A stretch of DNA of 64,000 nucleotides from Candidatus Latescibacterota bacterium (GTDB lineage Bacteria > Latescibacterota > UBA2968 > GCA-2709665), in the NCBI GenBank assembly GCA_965248435.1, contig OZ252100.1, positions 1,312,001-1,376,000 of the forward strand. Reading direction: 5' to 3'. The notes below the pieces were generated by a model. That model ran no database searches and was not told the origin of the DNA. It saw only the letters and a list, made by a program, of their open reading frames with translations. The position numbers and the translations under genes are program-made. Shown piece after piece: positions 60,575 to 64,000 of the stretch. Numbering within the stretch: the first letter of the stretch is position 1; every line of letters starts with the position of its first letter.

Positions 60575-63331
60575 ATGAGACCCGCGAACAAAGACTACAT
60601 CCTCGTACGAGGGGCCAGGCAGCACAATTTGAAGGGGATCGATGTCGATATCCCCAGAAACAGCCTGGTTGTCGTAAGTGGTCCTTCGGGTTCGGGAAAA
60701 TCCTCCCTCGTCTTTGACACCATCTATGCGGAATCCCACCGTCGATACGTAGAGTCTCTTTCCACGTCTGCCCGCCAATTCCTGAACCCCATAGAGAAGC
60801 CGGATGTCGAATATATCGACGGCCTTTCGCCGGCAGTGGCCATAGAACAGCTGAAGGCGAACCGAAACTTTCGATCGACCGTCGCCACGTTGACCGAGAT
60901 CTATGACTTCCTTCGTCTACTCTTTGCTAAAGTGGGGAAACCCTTCTGTACGCTCTGTGGGCGAGCCATTACCCGACATACCGTCGAACAAGTCGTAGAT
61001 TTTGTGTTGGCCATGGAGAAAGGTCTGCGGGTCCAGATTCTGGCCCCGGTTCAGGGGGAGGCCAAGCTTCATCCCGGGAAGATTCTGGATCGTCTTCGAA
61101 AGGAGGGTTACGTTCGTGTCCGAGTGAACGGTGAAATTTTCTCAATTGACGACAAGATCCCGATCGATCGCTCCGTTCAGACCAGTATCGAAGCGGTTGT
61201 GGACCGCCTTGTATCCGGTCCGGAGATCGCGGGAAGACTTGCCGACTCATTGGAGACAGCCCTGGCCCTCTCAGGCGGCGGCCTCATCGTCGATGTGATC
61301 GAACGCGAGCAGCATTTCTTCTCCAACAAATTCGAATGCACAAACTGCGATACCGGGTTTGAGGAGCTTGAGCCTCGGCTCTTCTCGTTCAACAGTCCTC
61401 AAGGGGCGTGCCCGACGTGCAAGGGACTGGGGACACATACCGATCTGGACCCGGAGAAGATTGTCCCGGATCAGGATCGCTCGATCCTGGAAGGTGCGAT
61501 CGCCCCTTGGGGCGTCTCCGGGAGCAGGAGACTGACTCGAAAACTCCAGGACCTCGCCGCGCACTACAAGTTCGATCCTTCAGCACCCTTTCGGTCGATC
61601 CCGAAGGAGGCGCAGCACATCATCCTCTGGGGAAGTGGACCCGACCAACCGGAGTTTCAAGGGGTGATCCCGGCCCTCCGGAAGCGTTCCGGGGAAAAGA
61701 GTGACCGTTTCTCCCAGACCGCAGTTTGTCCAGCCTGCTCCGGAGCGAGACTCCGACGCGAGGCGCTCGCGGTCAGAATCGGGGACCGCAACATAGGAGA
61801 ACTCGTCGCCTTGACGATCTCGCAGGCCCACACCTATTTCAGCGCGTTGAACCTCGATGAGGCGCCCCAACAGGTCATCGGCCCGATCCTGAGAGAGATT
61901 CAAGACCGGCTCGGGTTCCTCCTGGATGTGGGTGTGGGCTACCTCACGCTCGACCGTGCGGTTTCTACGCTGTCCGGGGGCGAGGCACAGAGGATTCGCC
62001 TGGCCACTCAGATCGGCTCCAGGCTCTCGGGTCTCGTCTACGTACTGGACGAACCAAGCGTCGGTCTGCATCCGCGCGACAACCGCTGTCTGATCGATAC
62101 ACTCTGCCAGCTTCGAGACCTCGGGAATACGGTCCTGGTGATAGAGCACGACCGTGACATGATTCGTGCGGCCGACTATCTGATCGATCTTGGGCCCGGA
62201 GCTGGCGAAGCGGGAGGCCGAATCGTAGCCCAGGGCACGCCGTCGGTCGTCGCGGCAGAGGAGGCCTCGCTCACGGCTCAGTACCTCTCGGGGCGCAAGG
62301 CCCTGCGACTCCCCGCAGAGAATCATCACCCCAAAGGAATGCTGAAGCTCAAAGGCGCCCGCGGACACAACCTGAAGTCTGTTGACCTCTCCCTGCCTCT
62401 GGGCACCTTCGTCTGCGTGACGGGAGTCTCAGGGTCGGGAAAGAGCACGTTGATCAACCGAACGCTGGTTCCCATCATAGCCGGGAAACTTCACGGTGCG
62501 ACAGAACAGCCGCTCGACAACGATGGCGTGGAGGGACTGGATGAAATTGACAAAATTATTCGCATCGATCAGTCGGCCATCGGCCGGACGCCGAGGTCGA
62601 ATCCGGCCACATACACGACCCTGTTCACGGCGGTTCGCGAGCTCTTTGCCCAACTGCCGGAAGCCAAAGTTCGGGGCTATACCTCGAGGCGGTTCAGCTT
62701 TAATGTAAAGGGAGGCAGGTGTGAAGTCTGTGAAGGAGAGGGGGTCAAGCGGGTGGAAATGCACTTCATGCCGGATGTCTATGTAACCTGCGAGGCTTGC
62801 AACGGCAAGCGCTACAACCGCGAGACGCTGGAAATCCGCTATAAGGGAAATTCCATCGCAGACATTCTCGATACGACTGTGGATAGAAGCCTTGTCCTCT
62901 TCAGGGATATCCCTCAGTTGGAACGAAAACTCCGGACACTCCAGGAAGTGGGACTCGGCTACATCCGCCTCGGTCAACCCGCCACATCTCTTTCGGGCGG
63001 AGAGGCCCAGCGCGTCAAGCTTGCCACAGAGCTCTCGCGGGTAGATACCGGCAAAACGTTATATGTCCTGGATGAACCTACAACCGGACTCCACTTCGAA
63101 GACATAAGGGTACTGCTCAACCTGCTGGACAGACTGGTTGACAGGGGAAACACGGTTGTCGTTATTGAACATAATCTGGATGTGATCAAACGTGCAGACT
63201 GGGTCATCGATCTGGGGCCGGATGCCGGTGATGCCGGGGGAACCGTCGTCGCGGAGGGGCCGCCGGCCCGAATCGCTTCAGTGCAGTCGTCCCATACGGG
63301 ACAATTTCTAAAAGAGGTGTTGGCGTCATGA
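60575..63331 (+). CDS. uvrA: Excinuclease ABC subunit A
   Basis: GARQHNLK, SGSGKSSL.FDTIYAE, FSFNSP.GAC, two LSGGEAQR signatures, IGRTPRSNPATY. Confidence 0.97.
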   Translation: MRPANKDYILVRGARQHNLKGIDVDIPRNSLVVVSGPSGSGKSSLVFDTIYAESHRRYVESLSTSARQFLNPIEKPDVEYIDGLSPAVAIEQLKANRNFRSTVATLTEIYDFLRLLFAKVGKPFCTLCGRAITRHTVEQVVDFVLAMEKGLRVQILAPVQGEAKLHPGKILDRLRKEGYVRVRVNGEIFSIDDKIPIDRSVQTSIEAVVDRLVSGPEIAGRLADSLETALALSGGGLIVDVIEREQHFFSNKFECTNCDTGFEELEPRLFSFNSPQGACPTCKGLGTHTDLDPEKIVPDQDRSILEGAIAPWGVSGSRRLTRKLQDLAAHYKFDPSAPFRSIPKEAQHIILWGSGPDQPEFQGVIPALRKRSGEKSDRFSQTAVCPACSGARLRREALAVRIGDRNIGELVALTISQAHTYFSALNLDEAPQQVIGPILREIQDRLGFLLDVGVGYLTLDRAVSTLSGGEAQRIRLATQIGSRLSGLVYVLDEPSVGLHPRDNRCLIDTLCQLRDLGNTVLVIEHDRDMIRAADYLIDLGPGAGEAGGRIVAQGTPSVVAAEEASLTAQYLSGRKALRLPAENHHPKGMLKLKGARGHNLKSVDLSLPLGTFVCVTGVSGSGKSTLINRTLVPIIAGKLHGATEQPLDNDGVEGLDEIDKIIRIDQSAIGRTPRSNPATYTTLFTAVRELFAQLPEAKVRGYTSRRFSFNVKGGRCEVCEGEGVKRVEMHFMPDVYVTCEACNGKRYNRETLEIRYKGNSIADILDTTVDRSLVLFRDIPQLERKLRTLQEVGLGYIRLGQPATSLSGGEAQRVKLATELSRVDTGKTLYVLDEPTTGLHFEDIRVLLNLLDRLVDRGNTVVVIEHNLDVIKRADWVIDLGPDAGDAGGTVVAEGPPARIASVQSSHTGQFLKEVLAS

Positions 63332-63975
63332 TTCGAATCGATTTCGGCTCCCTGTTCGAGTTTGAACGAGAGGACAAAGACAGGAAACAAGACAACCGTC
63401 GAAAAATAAAGGACTTCATTACGCTATGTGAGATAAACAACGCGACGGTGGCGGAACAGAGAGACTGGAATACGCGTGACCTCATTCATTTTGTAGGCAT
63501 AAGTCCACACCTCGCCGTCACGATTACGATTTCAGAAAAATTTCTCAGCGTTCAAGTCAGTCAGATACGAGAAAAGTTCGACACCTTTAGAGCGGAGTAT
63601 GTATCCGTACCGGACCGGCTCGCGGTCTCCGTGGAACAGCCCCCCGCAGAAAAGCTGGGTCTGCACGATGTCATCTCCTGCCCAACGTGTGGGAAGACGA
63701 CGCCTTATGACGGGTTCTTTCAATACTGCGTGAGGTGCGGCGAAAAACTCGATACCCTTGTCAAAGCCTGTACCGCCTGTAACAACGGCGTCGTATACCA
63801 CCCATCCTTCACATTCTGCCCCATCTGCGGCACCGAGATGAGGCCGGACGTCTACAGCAGCCCTCCTCTGAACGAACTCGATCCCAACGGACTGGTATGG
63901 GGTATTCCGAACAAGGAGGAATCGGCCGAAGAGGGTGAGGACCTTCTGCCGGGAACGGGGCCGCCCGCTCCGTGA
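63328..63975 (+). CDS. Double zinc-ribbon domain protein
   Basis: CPTCG, YCVRCGE, CTAC, FCPICG; ATGA overlap with the uvrA stop. Confidence 0.75.
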   Translation: MIRIDFGSLFEFEREDKDRKQDNRRKIKDFITLCEINNATVAEQRDWNTRDLIHFVGISPHLAVTITISEKFLSVQVSQIREKFDTFRAEYVSVPDRLAVSVEQPPAEKLGLHDVISCPTCGKTTPYDGFFQYCVRCGEKLDTLVKACTACNNGVVYHPSFTFCPICGTEMRPDVYSSPPLNELDPNGLVWGIPNKEESAEEGEDLLPGTGPPAP

Positions 63976-64000
63976 ATAGCCATTGTCCGATGACCAATAC

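Overview
A 64-kb, moderately GC-rich bacterial core-genome window with no integrase, transposase, prophage or CRISPR array visible. It holds a complete minus-strand rRNA operon (16S-tRNA-Ile-tRNA-Ala-23S-5S) and a tRNA-Arg(UCG). Housekeeping genes include cca, murA, glnA, hup, glnD, rho, rpmE-prfA-prmC, ispB-secDF, an about 18-kb holB-to-PBP1A run, rimI-tsaB-ruvBAC-yebC, an EF-G paralogue, hemL and uvrA. Gene style suggests a diderm, possibly Latescibacterota or another FCB-related lineage; this is low-confidence inference and needs 16S classification. The most interesting signals are: (1) an apparent enhancer-protein -> sigma54 -> sigma70-family cascade at 13.1-16.2 kb, with a -24/-12 promoter and three GTGCA-N5-TGCAC-type palindromes; (2) a coupled operon at the left edge encoding a membrane protein, a branched-chain polyamine synthase (BpsA)-family enzyme and a DUF2156/MprF-like transferase missing from the ORF track; (3) an AI-2E transporter with an inserted Ig-like domain, coupled to a degenerate cNMP-binding protein; (4) an 11-bp-period GlnR-like box upstream of glnA; (5) an EF-G paralogue with degenerate GTPase motifs; (6) a 16S with four mismatches to EUB338. 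All calls are by-eye motif recognition; no database searches were run.
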